Below are positions 1-13,421 of a DNA stretch of 64,000 bases, in pieces. Each line of letters starts with the position of its first letter. Positions within the stretch are counted from its first letter, which is position 1. The DNA is taken from NCBI GenBank assembly GCA_051294905.1, contig CM119378.1, positions 14,508,001 to 14,572,000 on the forward strand, written 5' to 3'. The notes under the pieces were generated by a model. That model was not told where the DNA came from. It ran no database searches and saw only the letters and a program-made list of their open reading frames with translations. Source of the DNA: Botryllus schlosseri. Taxonomy: Eukaryota. Made by a program: the position numbers and the translations under genes.

Positions 1-730
1 TCATGTAACGAAGTCATATCAACGGGTCCGCCCGCCCGAAGATGTTTAATCATTATTTACGGGCCCTACCGTTTTCAAGACACTTCTCTCAGCTCTACTG
101 GTAAATCTAATTACGTGAGTAGAGAGGACAATAAATTGATAGCATAATATATGGGTAATCGCCGATCTGATTAACCGATTTTATCATAAATTATCGGAAA
201 TTTTCGCGCTTCGCGCTGGCTCACAATACAGTACAGATAATTTCGTGACAAACGCGAACAAAGTGATGGGGGGGGGTCGTTTTATCACCCTATGGGAGCC
301 CAAGACCCACGTTTTTTGGGGGCCTGACGAGGTGCTGTTTCGTTGCTACCAACGGGTATACCGTATACGCCCAAAGATGTTTAATTATTATTGAGTGGTC
401 CTACCTTTTCAAACACACCTCACTCAGCTCTACCGGCAAATCTGATTACGTGAGCAGAGAGAAGATAAAAATTGATAACAATTTATGCAATTCTCGATCG
501 TACTGACCGATGAAATTATGAATTCTTGAAATTTTCCGCGCTTGGCGCGATTAGGCTACAAAAGCTGACCCAATAAACAAAATCCCATGAATATGATGAA
601 TAACGGTAAAAGTTGATCGCCGGAGGGGGGTCTGGGGGGCGAAGCCCCCCAGAAGTTCGGCCTATAACCCTATGGGGGGCCCAAAACCTAAGTTTTGGGG
701 GGGCCTGACGAAGTGCTGTTACGGCCCTGC
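1..730 (-). repeat. Left arm of a large inverted repeat (two ~370-bp tandem units)
   Basis: Reverse complement of 4904-5627 (1-57 matches 5571-5627 exactly); may extend beyond the window start. Confidence 0.92.
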
Positions 731-3069
731 TTGGGTGAATGTACTTTTATAGCACTTGCACATGATGCATACAGCCTCTAGCAAAACGTTCATCGACACA
801 GTTCAATGTGTTAATTCTAAAACCTTTTGTATTATGTATGTGGCATTATTATATATACTTGTATACATACCGAATAAGCATCGTATGTTACTGAAATCGG
901 GTCAGCCCAAACGGCTGCATCGTTACGTTTCATGCATTTGTCGATAAACATACAAGTACAATTTGAAACGCATTTTTACCGCTTTTCACGGTCAAATTGA
1001 AACCGATTGGGGAATCCATCGGCGACAGACCCGACATCGATTTAACAACTTTGCTTAGGCTACTTAGACGGGCGTGTGAAATTTCACCTTTGCGGAATGC
1101 CATTTTTGCAAAGTCGCACTCCTAATTCTCTTCATCTGTTTGTTGGCTAAGCAGGATTGTCTTTCCAGTGGCGTGCGTTTAACCTTATCGTTGTCCTGCA
1201 ATTATAATCCCACAGCATGCTCTTCGTTTTGTGGTAATTTAATCCAGCCCTCCACCCAGATTGGAATCTGCCGGCTTCTGCCGATCATTGCTCCGTCTTT
1301 TCACGAGCATATCGTAAGTGATCGAATGCATTGTATATCATTGATGAGTTCAATAACGGTGGAGTATACTGAAATCCTCATATTCGATTAGCATCGATGT
1401 GGGTGAGGTGTAGAAGCTATGAAAGCTTGTTGAAGTCTAGAAATCAATCGATCGTGTTGGCGTGCGAGATGAATGAAATACGCCAGGGAATTTTATTACA
1501 AATAAAATGGGTAAATGTGCTTCGATAACGAGTACCGTCCTTAGTCAAGACAAGACCGCCGCACTAACCGATAAAACTTTATTTCAAAGTACAGAGGGGA
1601 CTCGAAGCTACAATAAGTCATTACTTTTGTTGCAGCCAATAACTGATTAGTGATTACCCAAACCGCAACTGAGCGAGAGAGTGATATCCTGCCACTGCCA
1701 CCATGCGACGCCAATATCAGTCAGTTCACCGGAGCTACCGTTTATTCTCCCTACAAATTTTTCTCGATTCCTCGCGAATAATATGAAGAAAAAATTACTA
1801 CACAAGCATGTTATATTGAGAATCATGTTTGGTGTTCAACATTCACTGTATTTTTCTCAATGCATTTGTGCAATATTGAGGTGCAAGTTAGAATCTGCCT
1901 ATACCGCTGTTACATCGTCAAGTTCATTGGTACTTTAGTAGGCTGCTATAGCAGGGATTAAGCGAGATTTATTACAGCGGGCCAGAAAATAATAGCAGGT
2001 CTGTAGCGGGCCGAACAGAATCGTTCTAACTGCGGGGTGCGGACACGTAAAATGGCTTGGAAAACACCAATTCTGCTCAACATTCCATTCATGGTAAACG
2101 TAGAGTGGGACTGATCTATTAAATTCTGCTGAGTATATGCCCACATAATGATCTATTCGCTATTTCAATCGATTCTCCTTGCGAAATATTTATATAGGCC
2201 TACCTTGTCAATACACAGTACATGCACGATGCTGTATATACCCATTTAATTTTTTATGGGGGTTCCAATATTCGTTCAAGCTATTTCGCGATGTTTTCAT
2301 TTGTACATGCATGGTAACGGATTGATAATTCAAGACATTAAATCAAATTCAACTGCGAGGAACCAGTTTACAAAAGATCATTGGGAATTGAACAATACGT
2401 TTAATATCAAAACGGAAATAATCATTTTCAACGGAACAATATATGTATGACCGACACGTTGCTGAGCGAGTGGTGCATCGGGTTAAAACTGCGTCGGAGC
2501 AGCAACGGTCGATTATGTGTTGGAGATTCATATTAACACCTCACCGCTGCCTAATCTGCGTCCGTAACTTTCGAACAATCCTAGATCGATAGTGGGCCGA
2601 GCCACTATTAGGACGAATCGGGAACGCCGAAATAAGGAGAATAAAAGACTTCAATGAAAAGAAACAGGTAAAGTCTAATGAGATATTGCAAAGTGTGTTA
2701 TGATATATATCGTTACACTTATCTGCCTACCTACACACAATCACACATATGACCTGGCGATTTTTTTACCTAAAAAACGGAAGATTTGTACCTGAAAATG
2801 GAAATTTTCACATTTTTTGACGTTAAAAACTTAATTTTGACAAAATTTTTCTCATGTGTATGTAAATTAGGCTTTTCCGCACATAATGTTAGAATTGTAC
2901 TACTTTTCTTCGTTGCTGGTTGGAACTGTCTGTCCTTACGATGTAGTTTGACCCGAAAAAAACCTTTTGACTTGAAAACTGACAAATTTTTACATGAAAA
3001 ACTATATTTTAACGAAACTGGACCTATGCAGAATTCCAGTAGTTACATCACGCATTGTCGCAGAAATAA

Positions 3070-3320
3070 TTAAAAGTTGTTGCAGTACTACAGAAGATAC
3101 TTTCCTACATTCTCGGGTAGCAAGTGTCTGTCCTTAACTCCTTACTGAGTATAGCTTGTCAAGAATGGTGAAAGAACGGTCAACAGCAGCAGCTGTTGGC
3201 TGGCAGCACTGAAGTTGTGCGTTCACTGCTGGTAACACACCGTGTTGCTTCATTTTGATAATGGTGTCTACAGCACAATTTTTCATCATTCGCTTCTTGA
3301 TATAAGAACCAATGCCCACG
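3070..3320 (-). pseudogene. Degenerate hAT-like transposase C-terminal (dimerisation) region
   Basis: YIKKRMM...LPAVNAQLQCCQPTAAAVDRSFTILDKL, then after a frameshift DRHLLPENVGKYLL; fits the PxSAxVERSFS-L-KL...R...ENV motif. Confidence 0.7.
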
Positions 3321-3556
3321 CAGTCTTGCTTCAGTTAGTCAACCTATTTGTTTCATTTGAACGTTTATGAAGGCTACGAGATGTCAAATGTCAAATGATA
3401 AGTTCCCGACAGTGCAAACATCTACGATACAAACGAAATACAGGTTGCAAAAGAATTTTGACTTTGTAAACAATTTTAACAATTCTTTGACCTAACGCTA
3501 CAATTTTGACAAAATTTCGAAGGGAGTCGAAGGCGATTTCAGTTCAATTTAGTTCA

Positions 3557-3800
3557 GGGGGGAGGCAAGTGGCGCAGTGTGAAAATCGACTGCGCTGCGA
3601 CACCAATGGTAGTTGGTTCGAACCCTTGTTCGGGCTAGTCTCTAGGTGTCGAAGGTTTATCAGGGCTCCTCATGTACTAACAGTGTCTTGAAAAAGCCCA
3701 GAAACACAGTAAGCCACGCTGGAAAAAGTCGGCATCCGAGACCCGAAGTTGAATGCATGGGAGAGTGAAATGAAGAGAGAAGAGTGAAATGAAAGTGAAC
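3557..3800 (+). mobile_element. tRNA-derived SINE, family B
   Basis: A box TGGCGCAGTGTG, B box GGTTCGAACCC (3615-3625), purine-rich GAAAT/GAGA tail; second copy at ~9185-9290 (-). Confidence 0.65.
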
Positions 3801-4076
3801 AATTGCGAAGCGCTTGAAGAAAGATGCAAATGTCAACGATACTGAAATATACAAGACAGACAATGACACTTATCTGTATAATATCCATGTCGTGATGCAC
3901 AGGCGTAACAAGGCTATAAGTGTCACTGAAATGCCCTGAATTGATAATAATATTAGTTTAGTTCAGTGTAGGCTACTTATAAATCATCATTTAAAAACAC
4001 CATAAGATATCGAATGAATAAAAAGACCGGGAAGAAGTCGAAAAAAGTAGTCGTGACCTATCATAACTTATCGTAC

Positions 4077-4180
4077 CAGGGGTTCCTAATTTTTTTACGC
4101 CATAGTCCCCAATGAAAATTTTGAAAAATAAATGTCGCCCCTATTTTTTCAACCATGGCCCCTAAGGTTGGGAACCCGTG
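4077..4180. mobile_element. Short hAT-type MITE remnant
   Basis: Imperfect TIR CAGGGGTTCCTAA / TTGGGAACCCGTG; no TSD found. Confidence 0.45.
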
Positions 4181-4903
4181 GTATAAATAATGACTCACGT
4201 GTAAATATAATGTGTAACATAGCCAAGGCTCCTATATAGCTGTCGCGATACTCACGAGGTCTGAAAGGGTCAAATGTATTTACAGGTGTCTTTTGCAATT
4301 TATAGCCCATCATTATTCCATCAATTATCATGTTATAAAGGTCCTATCCATGGAATACTGTTAAAAACAACGTGTGGCTTCATGTGTTTATTTAACAGAC
4401 ATTTTGAGAGTGCCAAGCCTTCCCATGATATTGATTGATACGCATCGAGCCAATATGCGTCGTGCGTGTATACAGCTCTCGGTTCTAAATAATCTCTAAA
4501 TTAGGCACCTCGAAACGATTTATTACTTGGAGTACACAGTGAGTACATACCCTTCATCGCAAACTTGACTGGTTTCTTGCAAGAAATAAATCCATCGACA
4601 TGTGCGTAGGCCTATTGGTAAATTCTTCATTACATGTTGGGAAATCCTATTAAACTACTTCATTGGGGGACGGAGCCGCATGCGTCGGTATCGTCATATA
4701 GGTTACATATCTTACTTTTAGGATATGATATTATTGCTCCACACTGTGACGCCATGGAAATAAAATAACATTCAGAATGAACTTGCTAATGTCTTTTATT
4801 GAAACGTGCACCCATCCTTGACTTCAGTAGCAGCAAATATAGACCCACTGAGAAATTGTTTTGAATGAGCACAAACATCGCGCTTCAAACCAGAAAAGTA
4901 TAT

Positions 4904-5627
4904 GCAGGGCCGTAACACTGGTAACAGCACTTCGTCAGCCCCCCCAAAAAACTTTGGTCTTGGGCCCCCCATTGGGTTATAGATCGAACTTCTGGGGGGC
5001 GAAGCCCCCCAGACCCCCCTCCGGCGATACACTTTTACCGCTAACATCATATTCATTGGGAATTTGTTTAGTCAATCAGCTTTTGTCGCCTAGGCGCACT
5101 TGGCGCGGAAAATTTCTAGAGTTCATGATTTCGTCGGTCAGTATGATCGGAAATTGCATATATTGTTATCAATTTTTATCTTCTCTCTGCTCACGTAATC
5201 AGATTTGCCGGTAGAGCGGAATGAGGTGTGTTTGAAAAGGTAGGACCACTCAATAATAATTAAACATCTTCGGGCGTATAACCGTTGGCAGGAACGAAAC
5301 AGCACCTCGTCAGGCCCCCAAAAACGGGGGTCTTGGGCTCCCATAGGGTGATGAAACGACCCCCCCATCACGTTGTTCGCGTTTGTCACGAAATTATCTG
5401 TACTGTATTGTGAGCCAGCGCGAAAATTTTCGATAATTTATGATAAAATCGGTAAATCAGATCGGAGATTGCATATATATTATGCTGTCAATTTATTGTC
5501 CTCTCTTGCTCACGTAATTAGATTTACCGGTAGAGCTGAGTGAAGTGTCTTGAAAACGGGAGGGTCCGTTAATAATGATTAAACATCTTCGGGCGGGCGG
5601 ACCCGTTGATATGACTTCGTTACATGA
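4904..5627 (+). repeat. Right arm of the inverted repeat; same family as the interior of the hAT element at 53371-54822
   Basis: Begins GCAGGGCCGTAAC...CAGCACTTCGTCAG as at 53844; homology continues past the SINE (5950-6140 ~ 54435-54625). Confidence 0.9.
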
Positions 5628-5699
5628 TGTTATTTCGTGACTTCCAGTCTGCTATATCAAAAAAAAATATATATATATATATAGAGAGAGATATGATAT

Positions 5700-5936
5700 T
5701 CTTTTTCGCCTGCACCATCGAGATGCTTTGACGACGGAGTTGCGATACGGCCCCATGAGGTCATCTAGTCTGCGCCCCCGTTTTTTTTCTCCTCCATGCT
5801 ATCCGTGATTGCTGAGCGCCTAGCAGGATAGCTGCGGATACCAATTTTCGAGTCTTTGGTATGACCCGGCCGGGGATCGAACCCACGACCTACCGCTCGA
5901 GAAGCCGGACGCATAACCATTACACTATCTCGCTCG
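5700..5936 (-). mobile_element. tRNA-derived SINE, family A (copy 1)
   Basis: Minus strand: TAGTGTAATGG A box, GGTTCGATCCC B box, body shared with 31700-31860 and 51219-51465; 3' GACTAGATGACCTC motif; (TA)n/(CT)n tail. Confidence 0.88.
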
Positions 5937-6961
5937 ATCGTCCAAACGTAGGCTTCTAAACTAAGAGACGCACACGATTACAAATTGGTATTTCTTCGCT
6001 GGCATAAACTTTTTCCCATCGGGATGGTATTTGTCTTGTGAGGTTCAGATTGCAAAGACAGGAACATTCGACTCCAGTCATTTAGGCGCCTATGGACAAT
6101 TAAACCTATATGTATTTTGTATATATAACGAAGTCTTCGGTCTGCATAAGGGCATAGACCTTTTCGGCCAAGCTTTTCTCGCTGCCGATCGTTCTGGCAC
6201 ACTTCTTGGAGTCGCATGTTATATGGCCTAAAACTTGATTGTATGTCTTGGTGGGTCGTGACGCGGTGATGGCCCAATACCCAATAATATATATAAATGG
6301 CTACTTGAATTTTTTTTAAATTGCATGAATTTTCAAAAAATACTCTATGATTTATGATAATTCACGAAATAATTTTAGTCCCCCTTCGAGCTCGCCCCCC
6401 CCCAATTAGGAGGTTTGGGGTGCGGCAGTTACGGTGCTGAGTATGTGACAATATATTAGTGCACGAATTCCCGTTGCTAATATTGCAAACATTTTTGTTT
6501 GTGGTATTCTTGGTGTTTGTCGACTGCTCTGGTCATTTACACCAGGCCAATTTTTTTTTCATTTTTCTTCCGTAGCTGCCGACTTGTAGCACGGCCCTCT
6601 TCTAGGCATTTATAAGACACCGCTTACACCAGGGGTCGACAAACTCCGGCACTCGTGCCATTTGTGGCACGCGGGATGATTTTTCGTGGCGCACCAAATG
6701 ATTCGACGCAAACTATTATAACCATGTCTTTGCAAAAAATGTAGCAGAAGTTTTCAAAATGTACAAAGCTTGTAGGCGATCCAAAATTATTTCGTAAATC
6801 AACATAAAATAGAGTCTTTTAGGGCAGATTTTAGTTATCTTGAAATTATTTTCCGCGCTTCGCGCGATTTATTGGGCTTGATGTCTTGATTATAATGTGA
6901 GAACCCCAATAAATAAATATTTATGTATTTATGTAGAAAATGTTTTTAAAGCTATGCAATT

Positions 6962-7825
6962 TAGGGATGGTGTGAACCTCTGAAAGGTTCAGGTTCGTGT
7001 GAACGCCAACCTTTTTGAAAGGTTCTGTGTGAACGCGAACGTGAACCTCATGACGTCACGGGACGTCATATTGCTGATTCCAACCCTAACTTTCAATGAA
7101 GTGATAGCCTATATTGATGTACACGATACCAAGCGACGACTCGGGCCCCATAATGCCACAATGCTGAAGTGCATACTGGCGTTTTAAACGTCGCTAAATG
7201 TATCAACTGAGGCAATCAAATGATATAATGCTTCCATAAAATCAATATTATCCGTCGCTTTACCAGGGAATATTAGCTTACACCTTAACAGTCTTGGCCA
7301 GACCGGACAATGTATTCGGCGTCTGAGTATTGCTACCGATATTAGGCTATCCTACAAGTTATACAGCTGTAGCCAACACCTCGATCGCACGGATTTGGTT
7401 TTATGATACAGCAAACATATGAAGTCAGGATTGACCCCGTACGCCTGCTAGATTTGTTACATCAAAAAACGATATCAATCTCATCGATTGGTTGAATAAG
7501 CAGAGAGTCACTAAATGTTCACAAACGGAAAGCTGGATATTTCGAGCACACTTTTGTTACAAAGCAAGTAACATTTTTGAGATTGTCAAGGTGCATACTC
7601 GTTTTGTGTTGATTTTTTTATGCCGCCAGCGCCATGCATAGAGTGGCCCGCAGTTAAAATGCAATAAATTCGAACCAAAGATGTCATAATGAAGTGAAAA
7701 TTGTAATATATGAAAAAGGTTCACTGTGCAGAACCTACCAAGGTTCTGTTGTGAACGCGAACCTCTATATTTCCGAGGTTCACACACAGAACGCGAACGT
7801 GAACCTCACGTTCACACCAACCCTA
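6962..7825. mobile_element. TAGGG-ended hAT-like MITE with GTGAAC repeats (family C)
   Basis: TIR TAGGGATGGTGTGAAC / GTTCACACCAACCCTA; reverse copies at ~10950-11797 and ~42070-42711. Confidence 0.82.
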
Positions 7826-8409
7826 CGTATGCATAATGTACAGAAATGAGTCAACCGTATTAGCAGTTATGAAAGAACGTTAACCGATTATCATAAGAAA
7901 CCATTTGGATGCTTTAGTCTAGGAGTGTTCACTCTGCAGCCTACGGGAGTCCAACTTATGAAGCGGAATTCCGGCGCTGGGCATTTTCACGCTATAGAAG
8001 ACACGACCGAGACAAAAGTTTCGGACAACGTGCGACCATGCGACTCGCTGTGCGGTGTATGCGTTGCCAAAATTATTGGCGGCGATGAAACATGGAAACA
8101 AAATAACCGCCGCATGATGGCCAAAACGTTCGACATTTTGATACGCCGAAACGACCAGCGCCGAATATTCCAGTGCCAGCAGCTTGAGCCGCATGTATCA
8201 AATGAGACCTGCCGAGGAAAATAATGAGCCCCGTGTCGAAATGCGAATTTGGAATCGTGTTCGTCTCTCAGATGAGATATTCTTTTAGTTTCCACTGGTG
8301 GCAAGCGATTCCGATATATCTGGAGCAACGACAATCTTTACCTATAGCGATACCATATTATGGGAATCTGAAGATAGGACCATTTTCAAAAATTTCCAGA
8401 CTCACAATA

Positions 8410-8699
8410 CCGGAGTAAAATCCGGAAAAAATGGTAAATTTGATGCGACTTTGTAATTGCTTGACTGAAAAACATAACAAAAGTCAACTTTGTGGCTCAA
8501 CTACCAAAGGTCCCGCCAAACTTTCACTTGAGTACTGGTTTCCTATATCTCAGTTGAATTTTAACATACATTTAACAAGAAGTTTTAAAAAAGAGGGCCA
8601 ATTCTAAAAAAAGAGGACATTTGGGCGTCCTCCGAGGACATTTTCAAAAATATCAAAAAGAGGACAAATCCTATTAAAAGAGGACGTATGGTAACCCTA
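8410..8699. mobile_element. End fragment of TAGGGTTACCATAC MITE (family D)
   Basis: Ends GGACGTATGGTAACCCTA; GAGGAC repeats shared with 11356-11680 and 61580-62280. Confidence 0.7.
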
Positions 8700-9184
8700 C
8701 TATACCGTGACCTTTGGAAACAAATCTAGAGTCACACCAACCTTAATATGACACCAAACCGATTTGAATGATACAAGGTTGGGTACATTTTTCATAATGA
8801 TCAGACCATATCATTGTGACAACACTGATTGGCCTGTCTTATTGGATATGGTACCGAACACAGTGGACTTGGAAACGACCAAATCAACCACAAAAGATCT
8901 ATCATTGCGCGACTGAAAATAAATTATGTCAATATTACGTACATGTAAGCGATAGGTCGGGTTCGGTAGCGACCAAAATTGATTCCCTTCGTGACCAATA
9001 ATTCAAGAATCTCTGACGTAACGGAGGCCGTTGCCAGCTGCCGAAAAACGGTTGGCGGTATTCCTTGCTTGAAACGTTAAATATCAATACATTGAATGTT
9101 TGGCACGCAAGCTGGTAAAAATTTGACGTTTTTTTGACATTTTGGCACGCTGAACACAAAAGGTTGCCGGCCCCTGGACTTACA

Positions 9185-9290
9185 CGGATCATGTGGCGAG
9201 GAGGAGCTTAGATAAACCTCTCACACTTAGGTAGGAATTTTTAAGCCGATCTCGGTCGGACTCGAACCCCCATTGATGTTGAAGTAGTTG
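9185..9290 (-). mobile_element. SINE family B, partial copy
   Basis: Minus strand CAATGGGGGTTCGAGTCC...TAAGTGTGAGAGGTTTATCT..GCTCCTC aligns with 3604-3670. Confidence 0.55.
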
Positions 9291-9660
9291 CGACTAAGAT
9301 TACGATTGCAACAAAACCTCTAAATAATCGATTATTATTACGATTACACGGTGAAGTAATCAGGATTACTCAAGAACACATTTGTTTTGGAAGGCATTAT
9401 AACGACTGAGATTGCTTAAATGCCGCATGATGAGAGAACAATTGTCTTCATAAATGTTACGTCCACTTCTCGATGCGCCACAATATACACATTGCACAAC
9501 TTCATAGCTGACGATTCAACCAAACATCCAACATCGATAATAACAATACTACAGTATTCTAATCGAGGAAGGGTCAACAATATATTGGTTGTGTGTTGAT
9601 GACCATGACGCGGCGGAGGTTCTCTCAATCATGTTACTACAATACACTACATGTAGAAAC

Positions 9661-10921
9661 CAGAGGTGGTCAGTAACGAAGTACTTCTACTTTTTCGAAG
9701 TACTCAAGTAGTTTTCCTCTACTTCTGGTACTTACTCAAGTAGATCTGATTTTCGCTACTTCTACTTCTACTTCGTAATATTTTGTGATCTACTTACTTA
9801 CTTTTCGCTATTTTCAGTTTGTCAAGTAGAAGTAGTTAAATCCACCACTCAGGAAGATAGCCTAAGGAATTTCGGGGCTGTTTTCACGGAGTATCAACAT
9901 TTAATTTTCATAAAAGTTGAGTATAGCCCACAATTTTCGTCGCGCTTCGCGCGCAGTGGATACGGAGTAACCAGTAGAATTTCACGATTGTATCGGTGAA
10001 TATAATTTAGGTAGCGTTGGCGTGGTTCCGTTCACACCAAATTGTCGCCCTTCGCTATATCAAATATTTCATCACAGTATATACGGCTCATCATACCGTT
10101 TGAAACTGATGTTTCGCAATCTAGCACTTACTCATCATATCGTAATCTAGCATGTCCATGGCGTGTCCTAATCTCGAAAAGTGTTATAGCATACCACTTT
10201 CTTGACTAAAGACATGAAATACATGTTCCGCTTTTAGAAGTAGTATTTATATTTCACTTTCAATTCCCAGTATCATATGCTTTGAGTTCTAATTAATATC
10301 AGTTCTTTCGTCTCGATACCATACATGTTGAAGCATAAAAGCAAGTGTAGTAATGCCCTTAATTTCCGGAAATAAAGACACAATATGGCATTTTTAAGGT
10401 CCACCCTATTTTTTATTACCGTTTACTAATCGCGCAAAATGTTTACACCGTATCTTATACAACTTCTCCGAATTGCTCTTCGACTAAACTACGGGCCTTA
10501 TAATGTGGGGGAGGGCGCCATTCCATGATATTTTCTAAAACATACTGTTCGAGAAAACAGAGATTTAGTATCGCCTTTCCAAACCAATACTATCATTTCC
10601 ATCCCATGATGCCGACGAATGCTTAATTGCTTATGCTGTCGAAAATTGGATACATCCTGGTATGCATCAATATGAATCAAGCTCGGCACCTTTCGTACTG
10701 CTCAATTTGTACCTTTTTGACAATATATGTGAACAAATTAGGATCGTTTTCAAAACTACTTACTTACTTGAGTAGATTTAAAGTCAGTCAATTCTACTTC
10801 TACTTGAAGTAGTTTTAGGTTGCTTATGGAAGAAGTACTTTTACTCGTACTTGAGTAGATTTTTTCGTCGCTACTTCTACTTCTACTTGAGTAGCTTTCT
10901 TGACTACTTTGACCACCTCTG
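9661..10921. mobile_element. Complete hAT MITE with ACTTCT/AGTAGA subterminal arrays (family E)
   Basis: TIR CAGAGGTGGTCA / TGACCACCTCTG; perfect 8-bp TSD GTAGAAAC. Confidence 0.95.
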
Positions 10922-10949
10922 GTAGAAACTAGGAAGTCAGCGAATTGTG

Positions 10950-11797
10950 CTTAGTCAACCAATCAATTATATTCTTTACATCGACGAAATTGATATAGAG
11001 AATGTAACGACGTCTAATGTAAAAGATCTATCAGGCGTACGGAATCCATCTTGATTTGATATCCTTATGCTACTGTCTAACTTTATTTTGAGATAATATC
11101 TGGCAAGCATGGAAACCGGTGTTTCACTCTTAAGAAACATCAGTCCGGTCGAGCCGAGTCCTTGTCGAAATTATTGGCAAAGCGACGGATGACATCGATT
11201 TTATGGAATTATAGCATTTGATTGTTGCAGTTGCTACAATAACGTGACGTTTAAAAAGTCAGCATGTACTTCAGCATTATGGCATAATATGGCCTGAGTC
11301 GTCGCTAGTTGTACAATAATACATTCGTTTATGGAAATGTAGGGTTGTAATTAGCTAGGGTTACCATACGCCCTACTTTAGGAGGATTTATCCTTCTTTT
11401 TCCGGTTTTTGAAAATGTCCTCCGAGGACGCCTAAATGTCTTCCTTTTGGCAATTCGTCCTCCTTTACAGCTTTTACAGCTATGATAATGGATAGATTCG
11501 AGTGAAAATAGGGCATAAAATGACGCTACATAGGAAATTCGTGGTCCGACTTTTTTTTAGTCAACCCACGAAATTTTTCAGCAAATTTTAGCGATATCGG
11601 CTGATTTCAGTTTTGTGCGACTAAATTTTCTGATCTGGTAAAAGCGTTCTCCTTTCCCGATTCCAAAATATGGTGACCCAAAATTAACAATATGACGTCA
11701 CGTGACGTCATCGGTTCACTTCGCATTCACACAAAACCTCGCAAAAAGGTTCGCATTCACCAGAACCTGAACCTTTCTGGGGTTCACGCCATCCCTA
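10950..11797. mobile_element. Family C copy (reverse), interrupted by family D
   Basis: Ends GTTCACGCCATCCCTA; colinear with 42070-42711 once 11356-11680 is removed. Confidence 0.75.
11356..11680. mobile_element. Family D MITE nested in family C
   Basis: TIR TAGGGTTACCATA / TATGGTGACCCA; TSD TAATTAGC / AAATTAAC; empty site visible in the paralog at 42591-42620. Confidence 0.82.
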
Positions 11798-11949
11798 TTA
11801 CTACGTGTGGATGATTTATAGTAAAAAGTGAAGTAATCGTTGTTTCGCAAAGAAATCGGTTGTATATGCGAAAGAATCGATTGCGATAACTACGATCTCG
11901 ATCAGACTCAAACCCGCGATACATTGATGTTGCAACATCCAGTAGCACT

Positions 11950-12226
11950 ACGCTAATTGCAAAGAAAGAAAGCACTCACAAAGAATGGAAAGAACTAGTA
12001 GAAAGGACCGCGGCTTCAAAAACAGATCAACATCGAAAAGAACTGTGACATCGGGCACTCTAGGCCGAGGTGGATGTTAGAGTAAAGGATCGCTACTGAT
12101 GCGTGTCGTTCGGCATCCTCCTATCTGTTCGTTATATCGCATTGTGTCTTATTGCATTGCACATTGTGTGTAACTTGTTCAGATGAAAATTATAACCCAA
12201 TGATTGTTGTTGTTGTTGTTGTTGTT
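11950..12226 (+). mobile_element. Probable 3' end of a non-LTR retrotransposon with (TTG)n tail
   Basis: ...THKEWKELVERTA...* (RTE-like terminal WxxLV motif) followed by ~7 TTG repeats at 12204-12226. Confidence 0.35.
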
Positions 12227-13421
12227 ACCGCCCCTAATGCAATCGCAAGAAAAGATATGACGATATGCAATAATTTTATCTCGCTATACAGCAGTAGAGA
12301 GGCAATGTATCTAATGTGACCACTGGCCAGTTTCCACCATTTCGGAGAAAGCAATCAAGATTACCAAATCCCCAACTCGCAGTCATGCTTGTGGTACAAT
12401 TGACGTTGCGTGTCGTAATTCGCAATGAATATTACGACTCGCATCGAGATTTTACACCCTTGTTTACGTTCAGCATCGTTGACATTTCCGTATTGGAGCG
12501 AATGCCAATACTTCTGCATTGGCGGTGATTGACGTAAACCGGAATCGAAAGATTCGTCGCATCATTACAGTTTGCAGCAAGGCAGGGCATAGTTCCTGTC
12601 GTTACGCCATGAACAAATAAGCGGAAACGAGCTACTGGATTTACATAGCTTCGTCATTGTCGGATACACAACATATACGCTCTGTCAAAGCTTGCACCGA
12701 GTACCAGTTTACCGTGATGTTGCACATATTCCGCGCGACATGCAAATGACACACGTCCGGGTGAACTATTCGATCAACGGTCACGTTTCGCATAGTATGC
12801 AGTTTCTCTGTGGAGCCGCAGTGCGAAAAAGCTTCACATTCCTACCGTATCATGCAACCGGGTGGCGGTTGGGCAGGTACACAGTACACACAGATAGACT
12901 ATAGGCCTATTATCGAAATCGTAATTCACTTTTTTAAGTGTTGAACTACAGGAAGACTATGTATATTTTCGCTGTGTGATTGAATAGTTTTGTTTCCTTG
13001 CGCATTGTCCATAATCTTGTACTTAAAGAGCTTCTTGGAGGTGAAGAACTTACTACATACTACATACTACGGTATCTAGTAATATCTTCAATGAATCTTG
13101 TAGCTTACTCCATCGGTTTCCGACGTCAAATTGTAGTTTGCCTTCTAGTTTCCACTCTCCATATCGCACATCTTGTAGAATATATCAAGGGTTTGTTAAT
13201 TAATACATGCCGTCGCTGTATCGAGAGAAATTGGAGCGGATTTGTTCTCCGATAGCAGTAATCGCACCCATGGAAATTACATTAATTATATTGGCAAATA
13301 TGTCAATCTGCATTAGTCACCTAGGCATTTTGTTAGGTAAGGGTATTGATGGATAATTCCTGGGCACATCGTGCCAACGTACGATGTCAAAGCTCGTTAT
13401 GTATTTGAGTATACTCTAGAT

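Larger units (their letters stand above)
6630..9176. mobile_element. Non-autonomous hAT element carrying nested insertions
   Basis: TIR CAGGGGTCGACAAAC / AAGGTTGCCGGCCCCTG; flanks CGCTTACAC / GACTTACAC (imperfect TSD). Confidence 0.6.

Noticed and set aside
990-1390. Coding-like stretches (PDIDLTTLLRLLRRAC on +, reminiscent of DZIP3-type HEPN; KRIRSATL on -)
   Set aside because: Stops in all frames and no consistent splice model; similarity too weak to support without a search.
7925-8224. 99-aa GC-richer ORF inside the 6630-9176 hAT
   Set aside because: Only vague resemblance to a transposase N-terminus; no diagnostic motif.
13020-13330. Minus-strand exon-like segment (DVRYGEWKLEGKLQFDVG...)
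   Set aside because: In-frame stops upstream, and no partner exons or recognisable domain.
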